Assembly: GCA_035514255.1 (NCBI GenBank)
Contig: DATKBG010000109.1
Coordinates: 1 to 34,240 of the forward strand
From: Acidimicrobiia bacterium
Lineage (GTDB): Bacteria; Actinomycetota; Acidimicrobiia; Spongiisociales; UBA11373
Direction: 5' to 3'
DNA: 34,240 nucleotides
The notes under the pieces are model-generated. The model was given only the letters and a program-made list of their open reading frames with translations. It ran no database searches and had not been told where the DNA came from. Of the stretch, positions 1-8,525 are shown in pieces. A program made the translations under genes and the position numbers. Every line of letters starts with the position of its first letter. Within the stretch, counting starts at the first letter, position 1.

Positions 1-369
1 CTTCGACCGGCCTCTGATGAACCGCTGCAGCGCCAGGTTCGTCACGATCATGCCGGCCAGGGCAATCAGGTTGCGGCCCAGCTTCCCGCTCCGCCGGAAC
101 GCCTCCCATCCACGCTGGTTCAGGAGTGCGGTGGGCGGGCGACGCAGCCACACGACGTAGCGATAGACCACGGCGAACGCCGCCAGCAACGTGCCGAAGA
201 GGTACGGGACGAGCGCGGCGTCGAACCATCTGAGGCCCTCTGACCCGAGGTACACGAGGACCAGGAGCACCACGACGGCGACCGACCCGGAAGCGACGCC
301 GCGGCGGTCGAGCCTGGTCCTGACCATGCCGTCGAACATACCCGGTCTCACCCGGTCCCACCATCTCAT
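1..369 (-). CDS. integral membrane protein, N-terminal part (gene runs off the left edge of the window)
   Basis: Reverse-strand frame is open from ATG 367-369 to base 1; it is absent from the ORF track because it has no stop in the window. Translation is MRWWDRVRPGMFDGMVRTRLDRRGVASGSVAVVVLLVLVYLGSEGLRWFDAALVPYLFGTLLAAFAVVYRYVVWLRRPPTALLNQRGWEAF..., with two hydrophobic helices and strong G/C at third codon positions. GGAAG lies 5 nt upstream of the ATG. Family not recognised with certainty. Confidence 0.6.
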   Translation of the reverse strand, partial: MRWWDRVRPGMFDGMVRTRLDRRGVASGSVAVVVLLVLVYLGSEGLRWFDAALVPYLFGTLLAAFAVVYRYVVWLRRPPTALLNQRGWEAFRRSGKLGRNLIALAGMIVTNLALQRFIRGRSK

Positions 370-383
370 CCGCTTCCGCGGGC

Positions 384-409
384 TAGATCGGACGTATACG
401 TCCGATCTA
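384..409. promoter_or_regulatory. perfect 26-bp palindrome in a divergent intergenic region (candidate operator or 5'-UTR hairpin)
   Basis: tagatcggacgta|tacgtccgatcta is its own reverse complement. GGG/CCC flanks extend it to 380-413 with one mismatched pair. It lies 15-40 nt upstream of the minus-strand start at 369 and just before the DUF2306-like frame opens at 422. Confidence 0.5.
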
Positions 410-586
410 ACCCTGGGTTAGAAGGTCGAGCGCCGTTATGCCGACCATCCGTTCCTGGCGTATGCGCACATCGTCCCGGGTGTCGTCTACCTCCTGATCG
501 CGCCGTTCCAGGTTTCACGTCGCCACCGGCGAGCCGATCTGGCGCGCCATCGCCGTCTCGGCCGTGTCGCCCTCGTAGCCGGGCTC

Positions 587-928
587 GTGACAGGGGCTTT
601 TGCCATCGCGGTCGGGATCCTCTTCCCGTTCGGAGGGGTGACCGAGGCAAGCGCCAGCGTCGTGTTCGGTATCTACTTTCTCGTCGCTTTGGGCCTGGCG
701 TACCGAGCCATCCGGTCCCATGACGAGCGCACGCACCGGCGGTGGATCATCCGGGCGTTTGCGATCGGCCTCGGCGTGGGGACGATCCGCCTCGTCATCG
801 GCGTGTCCCAGGCGTTCGGAATGGCGTTCGAAGACGTATTCGGGGCAGCGTTCTGGATCGCCTTCGTCCTTCACGCACTCGCTGCCGAACTCTGGTTGTG
901 GCGCTCCGCGCTCGCGCTCGCTCGGTAG
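587..928 (+). CDS. DUF2306-like multi-pass membrane protein (possibly 5'-truncated)
   Basis: ORF-track protein has 4 hydrophobic segments (AFAIAVGILFPFGG, VVFGIYFLVALGLAY, IIRAFAIGLGVGTIRLVIGV, FWIAFVLHALAAELWLW). The same frame is open and protein-like upstream to 422 (HPFLAYAHIVPGVVYLLIAPFQVSRRHRRADLARHRRLGRV), but no ATG, GTG or TTG occurs there. Confidence 0.6.
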   Translation: MTGAFAIAVGILFPFGGVTEASASVVFGIYFLVALGLAYRAIRSHDERTHRRWIIRAFAIGLGVGTIRLVIGVSQAFGMAFEDVFGAAFWIAFVLHALAAELWLWRSALALAR

Positions 929-937
929 GTCCGCCGG

Positions 938-1920
938 TCAGGTGCCTTCGTGGAGTGAGTCGGCCAGGGTGTTGAGGGTGGCGGCCGCTCGGTCGGCGCC
1001 GTCGACGGTCACGAGCACCTCGCTCCCATCTCCCCGCTGAACACGAACGGCCGGCCCCCGGCGCGTCACCACGCCGGTGCGACCCGCCATGTCCAGGCGC
1101 AATCCCCATCCGCCGAACTCCCAGAACGGATCGACGTGGACGACATCGGCTCCTGCGACATCCTCCAACGGGACCCGCAGGATGCGCCGACCGACGATGT
1201 CAACGGTGAGACCGTTCCGATCGACCGTCGTTGTGAACCGGCCCGCACCGAGCACGAGCGCCACGACCACGATCGCGACGGGGAGCAACCACCAGGTGAG
1301 CACTGCAGCGAGAGATCCAAGTCCGACACCGGCAATGAGCGCGATCACCACCGCGGCGCGGTCGAGCCCGGCCGGCCCAGACCTCCACGAGAGTTCGGTC
1401 GCCGAGCCCGCATCGAGCCGTACAGCCTTGGCCGGCGGGGGACCGACGGCTCTCGTGGCTCCGCGATCGACGCGCACCAACGACGCGACACCGACGGCCA
1501 CGACGACACCCGCCAGAGTTCCGATTCCGATTCCGGCTCCGGGTACCGGTGCTGCCGCGGCATCGGTCAGGTCGAGCTGGCCGCGCATCGAGTCGACGAC
1601 CAGGACCACGACGAAGACCGACAGCCACGCCGACGTTCCTGCATGAAGCGGCGCATCGCCGGCGGCTGACGAGCGAGAACGGCCGCCAGCCCCATGGGCA
1701 CCGCGACGAGCAGCACCATCCCCACCGTCACAGCCAGCGTGGCGTTCAGGGTCGAGAAGCCGTCTGCCGCACCCGAGATGCCCCAGTGACGCGCCACCAG
1801 GTCGGGAAGTCGATCCCGCACCGTGTTCGCTCACCAGATCAGGCCGAGCGCCGTTCCGAGGAGGACGATGCTGAGTGCGAGCCCCACCCGCAGGTCGGGT
1901 CTGTGGTCGATGTCGGACAT
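938..1920 (-). pseudogene. DUF1648-type membrane protein gene with a C-terminal PH-like domain, disrupted by an in-frame TGA and a frameshift
   Basis: Three collinear pieces. (1) ATG 1918-1920, with AGGA 9 nt upstream, gives MSDIDHRPDLRVGLALSIVLLGTALGLIW and then TGA at 1831-1833. (2) The same frame continues ANTVRDRLPDLVARHWGISGAADGF...AVLARQPPAMRRFMQ, the LPD..H.G..G..DGF signature of DUF1648. (3) After a shift near 1630-1650 the 938..1834 frame carries further TM helices and ...DPFWEFGGWGLRLDMAGRTGVVTRRGPAVRVQRGDGSEVLVTVDGADRAAATLNTL. Confidence 0.55.
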
Positions 1921-2005
1921 CGTTTCGATCCTGTGAGGGGCGTTGAGCGCTGCGCTCGGTCTCCGAATCGGCGCAGTTGTCGCCTGTCTTCTACGATCCG
2001 CCCAC

Positions 2006-2566
2006 GTGATCCTCGCCGACGTCAGCATCCGCGCCCTGGTCGACTCCGGGCGGCTCGTGATCGACCCCTACGACCCATCCCTCGTCCAGCCGGCCTCGGT
2101 GGACGTCCGATTGGGAAGCGAGTTTCGGGTGATGCGCAACACCCACGCCACCCACATCGATCCTTTCGAGCCTCTGGACGACCTGATGGAGCTCGTGGCG
2201 GTCGGCGCAGACGAACAATTCGTCCTCCACCCGGGCGAGTTCGCCCTCGCCCACACCGCCGAGACCTTCGTCTTTCCCGACGATGTGGTGGGCGTGGTGA
2301 ACGGCAAGTCGAGCCTGGGACGGCTGGGGCTGTTGATCCACGCCACAGCCGGATACGTCGACCCGTGTTTCGCCGGCTCGGTCGTTCTCGAGTTGTCGAA
2401 CGTGTCGACGCTTCCCATCATCCTGCGGCCTCAGATGAAGGTCGCCCAGATCGTCTTCCAGAAGATGGACACTGCGGCGGAGCGGCCATACGGGCATCCG
2501 GATCTCGGCTCCAAGTACCAGGGCCAACGGGGCGCCCAGACGTCGAAATACAACCTGAACAGCTGA
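2006..2566 (+). CDS. dcd: dCTP deaminase
   Basis: VILADVSIRALVDSGRLVIDPYDPSLVQPASVDVRLG...NGKSSLGRLGLLIHATAGYVDPCFAGSVVLELSN...AQIVF is a full-length dCTP deaminase pattern of about 186 aa. I moved the start to GTG 2006 because the ORF-track start at 1943 adds 21 non-conserved residues. TACGAT lies 8 nt upstream of the GTG and there is no SD. Confidence 0.9.
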   Translation: MILADVSIRALVDSGRLVIDPYDPSLVQPASVDVRLGSEFRVMRNTHATHIDPFEPLDDLMELVAVGADEQFVLHPGEFALAHTAETFVFPDDVVGVVNGKSSLGRLGLLIHATAGYVDPCFAGSVVLELSNVSTLPIILRPQMKVAQIVFQKMDTAAERPYGHPDLGSKYQGQRGAQTSKYNLNS

Positions 2567-2686
2567 CAAAGAAAGTTCTCAAGTTTTCCGGTGCGGCCGC
2601 CGATGAGTGGAGACCCAACCCAGTCGCCTGCAACGCCCCGGAGTCCCTTCCTCCGAATCTCTCTCTCCCCGCTGCAGGTGGCCTCA

Positions 2687-2714
2687 GAATGAGCGGCCTC
2701 CGGGCCGCTCATTC
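2687..2714 (+). terminator. perfect 12-bp stem / 4-nt loop hairpin between dcd and the sulfatase gene
   Basis: gaatgagcggcc-tccg-ggccgctcattc. It lies 120 nt after the dcd stop and 25 nt before the sulfatase ATG. No U-tract follows, so it may be a terminator or a leader structure. Confidence 0.4.
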
Positions 2715-2738
2715 GCGTCTCGGTACCGTGATCGGAAC

Positions 2739-4136
2739 ATGACCGCCAGGCCGAATCTCGTCTTCATCATGTCCGACGACCACGCCGCCCACGCGCTGAG
2801 CGCGTACGGGAGCGTGATCAACCGGACCCCGCACCTCGACCGGCTCGCGGCTGAAGGCATGCGGTTCACTCGTGCGTTCTGCACGAACGCCATCTGCACT
2901 CCGAGCCGCGCCGCCATCCTCACCGGGACCTACAACCACGTCAACGACGTGACGACCCTCGACACGCCGATGGACAACTCCTTGGAGACCTACCCGAAGA
3001 TCCTCCAGCGCGCCGGTTACCGCACGGCGCTGTTCGGCAAGTGGCATCTGGGTCATGGCCCCGACCACGACCCGACCGGGTTCGACGACTGGGCGGTGCT
3101 CCCAGACCAGGGCGAATATCACAACCCCGACTTCTACACGCCTACGGGCCGAGAGCGGCGGCCAGGCTATGTGACCGACATCATCACCGACATGGCGCTG
3201 GACTGGCTCGACGGAGTCGACGGTCCGTTCGCGTTGATGATCCACCACAAGGCACCGCATCGAACCTGGGAGCCGGACGCCGCCCACGCGGTGATGTACG
3301 AAGACGTCGAGATCCCAGAACCGCCCACACTCTTCGACGACCACGCCACCCGCTCCGAAGCCGCCCGGGCCGCCCTGTGCCGCATCGCCGATCTCGACCT
3401 ACGCGACTTCAAGGTTCCGGTGCCAGTTGGCATGTCGTACGAAGCGGAGATTCGCTGGCGCTATCAGCGGTACATCAAGGAGTATCTGCGGGTCATCGCC
3501 TCCCTCGACGACAACGTCGGCCGCGTGCTCGATCATCTCGGCGACCGGGGCCTGACCGATGACACGATCGTCGTCTACACCTCCGATCAGGGCTTCTTTC
3601 TCGGCGATCACGGCTGGTTCGACAAGCGGTTCATGTACGAGGAGTCACTGGGGATGCCGCTCCTAATCCGCTATCCGCGTCGGGTGCCAGCCGGTTCGGC
3701 GGCCTCGGGATTCGTCACCAACGTCGACTATGCCCCCACGATTCTGGATCTCGCCGGTCTGGAGATTCCCGAGTGGATGCAGGGCCGGTCGTTTGTCGCT
3801 CTCCTCGATGGCGACCAGCCGACCGACTGGCCGACATCGATGTACTACCGCTACTGGATGCACCGCGACGGCGCCCACAACGTCTGGGCGCACTACGGCG
3901 TGCGGACCGAGACGCACAAGCTCATCTACTTCTACAACGACCCGATGGGCCAACCCGGAGCGCACGGTCCCGTGGACTCGCCCGAGTGGGAGCTCTACGA
4001 CCTCGTGGCCGACCCCGCCGAGATGACGAACGTGTACGCCAGAGCGGGATACGAGGAAGTCACCGAGCAGCTGAAGACGGAACTGGCCCGGCTCCAGGCC
4101 GAAGTGGGCGACACCCCGCACCCGTCCCAGCGCTGA
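2739..4136 (+). CDS. sulfatase (formylglycine-dependent arylsulfatase family), no signal peptide
   Basis: MTARPNLVFIMSDDHAAH carries the metal-binding DD. AICTPSRAAILTG is the C-x-P-x-R formylglycine motif. GKWHLG and DQGFFLGDHGW also match. Start placed at ATG 2739, since the residues upstream in the ORF track are Arg/Pro-rich junk. Confidence 0.9.
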   Translation: MTARPNLVFIMSDDHAAHALSAYGSVINRTPHLDRLAAEGMRFTRAFCTNAICTPSRAAILTGTYNHVNDVTTLDTPMDNSLETYPKILQRAGYRTALFGKWHLGHGPDHDPTGFDDWAVLPDQGEYHNPDFYTPTGRERRPGYVTDIITDMALDWLDGVDGPFALMIHHKAPHRTWEPDAAHAVMYEDVEIPEPPTLFDDHATRSEAARAALCRIADLDLRDFKVPVPVGMSYEAEIRWRYQRYIKEYLRVIASLDDNVGRVLDHLGDRGLTDDTIVVYTSDQGFFLGDHGWFDKRFMYEESLGMPLLIRYPRRVPAGSAASGFVTNVDYAPTILDLAGLEIPEWMQGRSFVALLDGDQPTDWPTSMYYRYWMHRDGAHNVWAHYGVRTETHKLIYFYNDPMGQPGAHGPVDSPEWELYDLVADPAEMTNVYARAGYEEVTEQLKTELARLQAEVGDTPHPSQR

Positions 4137-4206
4137 GACTGGTCGCGAAATCGCTGACCGGCAACGGAGCCCCACGAAAGCCGACGTCGTCGGCGGCAGT
4201 GGACTG

Positions 4207-4956
4207 TCAGTCGCCGGTTTCGGCGATCAACTGCTCGATCGAGGCGAACGAACCGTCCGAGGTCGTGAAGTGATGCTCGGTCGCCTCCCGGATCCACTCG
4301 GGATCCCTCGCCTCGATCGCCGAGAGCAACTCATGATGGGTGCGAATCACCAGGTCCCGGTCCTCATGGAACAGGCCGTACTCGTGGAGCGCGACGGCGA
4401 TCGCCGACAGGATGTGGTGCTGGTAGAACGCCAGCATCTCACTGCGGGCGGCCCGGCCGACCTGATAGTGGAATCGATGGTCGAAACGGAGGAACGACGC
4501 ATCCGGCCGCTTGGCCGCCGTCTCGAGCTGCAAAATGGTGTCTCGCATGTCCGCCAGATCGGACTCCGTCGCACGCTCGGCGGCGAGGAGCGACAGCATC
4601 ATCTCGATCGGACGCCGAGCCTCGACGAGTTCGGTGAGATCTGCCTTCCGCCAACCGCGGGCCGGGAGCAAGTCCGTCGGAATGTCGTCAGTGATGACGG
4701 TCACGCCACCCTGTACGCCTCGCTTCGAAGCGACGACTCCGTGCTCACGAAGTACCCGGACGGCCTCGCCGACGACCGGCTTGCTGACTCCGGTCGACTC
4801 CGCCAATTCCTCGATGGTCGGAAGCCGGTCACCGTTCCGCAGCAACCCGGACCGGATGGCGTACACGATCTGGCCGACCACCTCTTCGTGCGCACGCGAG
4901 GGGTCGATTCGGTACAGCCGGAGCGACGTGCTCTCAGTGCGGATCGTTTCTGACAT
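4207..4956 (-). CDS. GntR-family transcriptional regulator (FadR/FCD-type C-terminal domain)
   Basis: N-terminal winged HTH (GDRLPTIEELAESTGVSKPVVGEAVRVLREHGVVASKRGVQGG) is followed by an all-helical C-terminal domain with His-rich positions (FDHRFHYQ, HHILSAI, THHELL). GGAG lies 6 nt upstream of ATG 4954-4956. Confidence 0.85.
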   Translation of the reverse strand: MSETIRTESTSLRLYRIDPSRAHEEVVGQIVYAIRSGLLRNGDRLPTIEELAESTGVSKPVVGEAVRVLREHGVVASKRGVQGGVTVITDDIPTDLLPARGWRKADLTELVEARRPIEMMLSLLAAERATESDLADMRDTILQLETAAKRPDASFLRFDHRFHYQVGRAARSEMLAFYQHHILSAIAVALHEYGLFHEDRDLVIRTHHELLSAIEARDPEWIREATEHHFTTSDGSFASIEQLIAETGD

Positions 4957-5026
4957 CGAGGGCTCCACTTGGCGTTTGATGAATTCTCAATGCTAATGCC
5001 CGTTGTCGCGCATTCCCACCGTTGTT

Positions 5027-5440
5027 TCAGTCGAGCCGCCGCGTGATCAGGGTCGCGGGTCGCAACCGGATGAGGACCCTGTCCTCGGTCGCAAAGATGT
5101 GGTCCATGTGTGCTGCGGCGGCGGCAGGATCCTCGTAATACTTCGCCACGAGGTCACCGGTCTGGCTGCGTACATCACCCTCCACCAGGACCGCCGATCC
5201 GTACGCAACGACCATCTGGCCGGTGTCGGGATGCTCGATACAGAGCGAGCATCGGCTATCCCTCGCGAGGTTCTGCCACTTGGCCGTGGTGTGAACCGTC
5301 GAGATCACGAACTCGTGGCCATCCCAGAGGTACCAGACCACCGAGGCCTGCGGCGAACCGTCCTTCCGAACCGTCCCGAGCGTGGCCGTCGGGCGCTCTT
5401 CCAGGAAACGGTGAACGGTGGGATTCACGTCCTTTCTCAA
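5027..5440 (-). CDS. pyridoxamine 5'-phosphate oxidase-like (PPOX class, probably F420-dependent) protein
   Basis: 137 aa. FLEERPTATLGTVRKDGSPQASVVWYLWDGHEFVISTVHTTAKWQNLARDSRCSL is the split-barrel PPOX/F420 family pattern. The TTG start overlaps the upstream stop (TTGA at 5437-5440). Confidence 0.75.
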   Translation of the reverse strand: MRKDVNPTVHRFLEERPTATLGTVRKDGSPQASVVWYLWDGHEFVISTVHTTAKWQNLARDSRCSLCIEHPDTGQMVVAYGSAVLVEGDVRSQTGDLVAKYYEDPAAAAAHMDHIFATEDRVLIRLRPATLITRRLD

Positions 5441-6573
5441 GGCCCGCTCAGGTGCTCGATGGCGCTCGCCCGCAGGTAGTCCTCATCGACGTCGACGCCC
5501 AACCCAGGGGCGTCGGGAACCTCGAAGTGCCCATCCACCAGCCGGGGGGGTTCGACCAGCAGCCGTAAACGATTGGGGTTGTCGTCGATTCCGTACTCGA
5601 GAAGCGGATCGGGGACGGAAGGAGAGCGAGTGGCGTCGGTCAGGGTCGCCACGATCTGGAGCGACGCGGCGATACCCAGGGCGTTGTTGGATGCATGGGG
5701 AACCGTGGTCACTCCGTGCAGGGAGGCGAGGTCCGCGATCGCCACGGCATCGCCCACGCCGCCACAGATCACGGGGTCGGGTTGGATCACGTCGACTGCT
5801 GACCGCGTCAACAGCCGCAGTGCATCCATTCGGCTCAGCGAACCCTCGCCGCCGGCAACGGCGATTTGGAGGGCGGCGGTCAGTCGGTCGTATCCGACGT
5901 ACCCGCCGCGCTGTTCCATCGGCTCCTCGTACCAGCGAAACCCGAGCTCTTCGAGCACCCTGCCCATCCGAATTGCATCCGGCAACGAGTAAGCGGCATT
6001 GGCATCGGCCATCAGCTCGAAACCTGCAGGCACCTCCGCCATCAGAGCGGCGAGCAAGGGAGCCTCGTGGGAGATCGGGTCGCGGCCCACCCGCAGCTTG
6101 AGCGCGGTGAAGCCCGCCTCAAGGGCGCGCTCCAGTTCTCGTGGCCACGTCACTGCAGGATCCTCGCCCTCGACATAGCCGCCGCTGGCGGCATAGGGCC
6201 TGACTCGAAGTCGCATCGGCCCCCCGTAGAGCTCTGCGATCGAGATCCCGAGCTGGCGAGCACGGAGATCTTCGAGGGCGAGCGAGACCGCAGACGGAGC
6301 AAAGCCCCCACCGGCCAGCGCCCCACCGATCCAGCGGGCATGCCTCAACAGATCCCGCATCGATCCCTGACGCCCAGCCACGGCTCGGCAGACCGATTCG
6401 ATTGTCTGCAGCGTGCCGGGCGTTCGGTAGGTCTCGCCCCACCCGACGAAACCGTCGTCACCCGCCAGCCGCACCACGACGTACGCGTGTTCGCTGCTGT
6501 AGGCGATCGATGGTCCGGTGCGCGGCGACAGGTGATGGGTCACGACGAAGCACTCGAAGTCGACGACGTTCAC
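5437..6573 (-). CDS. enolase-superfamily enzyme (mandelate racemase / muconate lactonizing enzyme family)
   Basis: GWGET capping-domain motif, barrel strand ALKLRVG, candidate metal ligands in MADANAAY / WYEEP / VAGGE, then VIQPD and VPHAS (Asp/His pair as in the MR-type subgroup). GTGA overlap with the upstream peptidase gene at 6570-6573. Confidence 0.85.
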   Translation of the reverse strand: MNVVDFECFVVTHHLSPRTGPSIAYSSEHAYVVVRLAGDDGFVGWGETYRTPGTLQTIESVCRAVAGRQGSMRDLLRHARWIGGALAGGGFAPSAVSLALEDLRARQLGISIAELYGGPMRLRVRPYAASGGYVEGEDPAVTWPRELERALEAGFTALKLRVGRDPISHEAPLLAALMAEVPAGFELMADANAAYSLPDAIRMGRVLEELGFRWYEEPMEQRGGYVGYDRLTAALQIAVAGGEGSLSRMDALRLLTRSAVDVIQPDPVICGGVGDAVAIADLASLHGVTTVPHASNNALGIAASLQIVATLTDATRSPSVPDPLLEYGIDDNPNRLRLLVEPPRLVDGHFEVPDAPGLGVDVDEDYLRASAIEHLSGP

Positions 6574-8525
6574 GCGTGAGTCTCCTCTCGGGCGGGATCC
6601 GATTCCCCCAGCTGTAGATGTCGGACGAGAAAGTCGTCGAGCACCCTGGTCCGCTCCAGCCTGCGACTGAGAGCACCGAACAGATTGAAGAAGTGACCCT
6701 CATCGGGTACCCGCAGGAACTCGACGCACTGTCCCAGAGTCCGCAGCGCGGTGTAGAGGGCCTCGCCGTGGGCGATGGGACAGGTCAGGTCTGCCTCACA
6801 ATGCAGAACGAGCACCGGCACCCGCACCCGGTTCATCCGTGTGATCGGAGATCGCTCCAGGTAGCCCTCCGGCTTCTCCCATGGGGACCCCCCGAGTTCG
6901 GAGTACCAAAACGTCGGTCCGACCACTCCGCCCGCAGCCGAGATGAAGTCCGCGACGGCGCTCTCCGCGACGGCCGCCGCGAACCGCTCCGAGGACGCCA
7001 CTGCCCAGGCTGCCATGTAGCCGCCATAGCTCTCTCCAACGATGGCCACCCGATTCGGGTCGAAGTGACCGGTCCGCAGTGCCTCGTCCACCAGGGCGAG
7101 GAGATCCTCTAGGTCCCTCCCGCCCCAGTCACCGAGGTTCCCGTCGGCAAACGCCTGGCCGTAGCCTTGACTTCCCCGTGGATTGGCCCGCAGCACGCCC
7201 ATCCCGAGGGCGGCGAGACGCTGGGCATCGAAGGAGAACCTCTCACCGACCGGGTAGTGGGGACCACCATGCACCTGGAGCACCAGCGGAGCGCCGGCGA
7301 GAGTGTCGTCGTGGCTCGTCAGCCATCCCTCGACCTCGACACCGTCGTCGGCGACCACCGCCAGCCGGCGCGTCGGGGCGAGGTCGATGCCGGCGATCAC
7401 CGACTGCTGCAGCCGAGTCACGCTCCGTCCGGAGCCGGTCGTGAGGTCGATCGCCGAGATCTCGCCGGGCGTGACCGGGTCCGACCACGAGAACGCGGCC
7501 ACCGACCCACCGAGGCTGAACTCGAGGATGCACCGCTCGTCGGCCACCACGTCTTCCCATCGCCCGTCCAGACCGAACCGGGCGAGCCGGCTGCGGCCAC
7601 CTTCGGCGTAGATCGCCAGCACCGACGCTGAGTCCGGGGTCCAGGCCAGCAGCGGGGGACCCACGGCGCGTTCGTCGTCGCCCCGGACGGCAAGTCCGAT
7701 ACTGCGATCGAGGGCTGGCGCGAGGCGGCGCAGCGACCGTGTCGCCACATTGAGCACCCACAGCTGGGAGTGCGCGGAGGCAGCGTTGTCCCGCGACTGG
7801 GCGAGATAGGCGATGGCGTTGCCGTCCGGTGCCCACGCCAAGGCCCGAATCGGGGTCTTGGGTGCCACCAGTTCTTCGATCTCCCCGAGCGTGGGGTCTG
7901 CGAGCCACAGACCCGATGCGCTGCTGGTCTCCCGCGGCACACCCGAATCGGAGGTGAAGGCTACGCGATGTCCGTCTGGCGCCCACCGGGCCCCCCAGAG
8001 ATCGTCTTGGCTCCAGCCGTCGACCGCGGGATGTAGGTCCCCGGACAGGGACAGGACCCAGGCGCGCCGACTCGGTTCCACCAGCCAATCACGGGCGGAC
8101 GAGACGTGACGGGGCCGGCCGTCCGTAGGCGCGGCGGAAGTCTCGGATGTGACCGCCAGGAGCCGTTCGCCATCGGGAGCCCATTCCAGGTCGACGACGT
8201 CGCCCGGCGGCGACGCCAGGTGGACGCTCCCGCCGGACGCGTTCTGACACGCAGCAATCCAGCGGTGACCGGATCGCAGGAGGAATGCGATCCGGTCACC
8301 GCTTGGAGACCATCGGGGACGGCGAGCGGACTTGCTCAGGAGGCGCGCCTCGCCGCCGGGCTCGTCGAGCACGAACAGCTGGTAGGCCAGGGCGTCGGAG
8401 TCGGCATCCGGACCCGAGACGACGTACGCCACTGCGGACGACGAAGGGTGCATGGCAGGCTCCATCGCCCACCGGAGGCGTGCGAGGTCGTCGACGACCA
8501 GCCGTGGCGGCGGCTGGTCGCTCAC
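6570..8525 (-). CDS. S9-family serine peptidase (prolyl oligopeptidase/acylaminoacyl peptidase-like) with an N-terminal beta-propeller
   Basis: Repeated propeller motifs (WSPSGDRIAF, WAPDGERLLA, WAPDGHRVAF, WAPDGNAIAY, WTPDSASVLA). The C-terminal alpha/beta hydrolase has the nucleophile elbow VGESYGGYM and His in PDEGHFF. Start set at GTG 8523-8525, which makes a GTGA overlap with the upstream stop; the 119 residues before it in the ORF track are Arg/Pro-rich. Confidence 0.85.
   Translation of the reverse strand: MSDQPPPRLVVDDLARLRWAMEPAMHPSSSAVAYVVSGPDADSDALAYQLFVLDEPGGEARLLSKSARRPRWSPSGDRIAFLLRSGHRWIAACQNASGGSVHLASPPGDVVDLEWAPDGERLLAVTSETSAAPTDGRPRHVSSARDWLVEPSRRAWVLSLSGDLHPAVDGWSQDDLWGARWAPDGHRVAFTSDSGVPRETSSASGLWLADPTLGEIEELVAPKTPIRALAWAPDGNAIAYLAQSRDNAASAHSQLWVLNVATRSLRRLAPALDRSIGLAVRGDDERAVGPPLLAWTPDSASVLAIYAEGGRSRLARFGLDGRWEDVVADERCILEFSLGGSVAAFSWSDPVTPGEISAIDLTTGSGRSVTRLQQSVIAGIDLAPTRRLAVVADDGVEVEGWLTSHDDTLAGAPLVLQVHGGPHYPVGERFSFDAQRLAALGMGVLRANPRGSQGYGQAFADGNLGDWGGRDLEDLLALVDEALRTGHFDPNRVAIVGESYGGYMAAWAVASSERFAAAVAESAVADFISAAGGVVGPTFWYSELGGSPWEKPEGYLERSPITRMNRVRVPVLVLHCEADLTCPIAHGEALYTALRTLGQCVEFLRVPDEGHFFNLFGALSRRLERTRVLDDFLVRHLQLGESDPAREETHA

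Noticed and set aside
191-421. ORF 191..421 (+, 76 aa) and ORFs 366..650 / 515..874 (-) near the left end.
   Set aside because: They are antisense to, or overlap, the well-supported minus-strand membrane gene (1..369) and the DUF2306-like gene, and their translations are compositionally implausible.
1831-1833. In-frame TGA codons (1831-1833, 31906-31908, 20572-20574) as possible stop-codon reassignment or selenocysteine.
   Set aside because: TGA terminates almost all confident genes in the window; only two use TAG. The affected genes also carry frameshifts or deletions, and no SECIS-like context or selenoprotein family is involved. Ordinary nonsense mutations in decaying genes are the simpler reading.
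4137-4206. Possible terminator hairpin (gccgac-gtc-gtcggc, about 4174-4188) between the convergent sulfatase and GntR genes.
   Set aside because: It has only a 6-bp stem with a 3-nt loop and no U-tract, which is too weak to report as a feature.
4970-4992. TTGA...TCAA-type dyads in several AT-rich intergenic patches (4976-4990, 11656-11663 ttgatcaa, 28665-28675, 18561-18614) as a common operator for the GntR regulator.
   Set aside because: The spacing between half-sites differs at every site (0, 3, 7 and 38 nt), and the 4-bp arms are too short to be significant. I cannot support a shared motif from this window alone.
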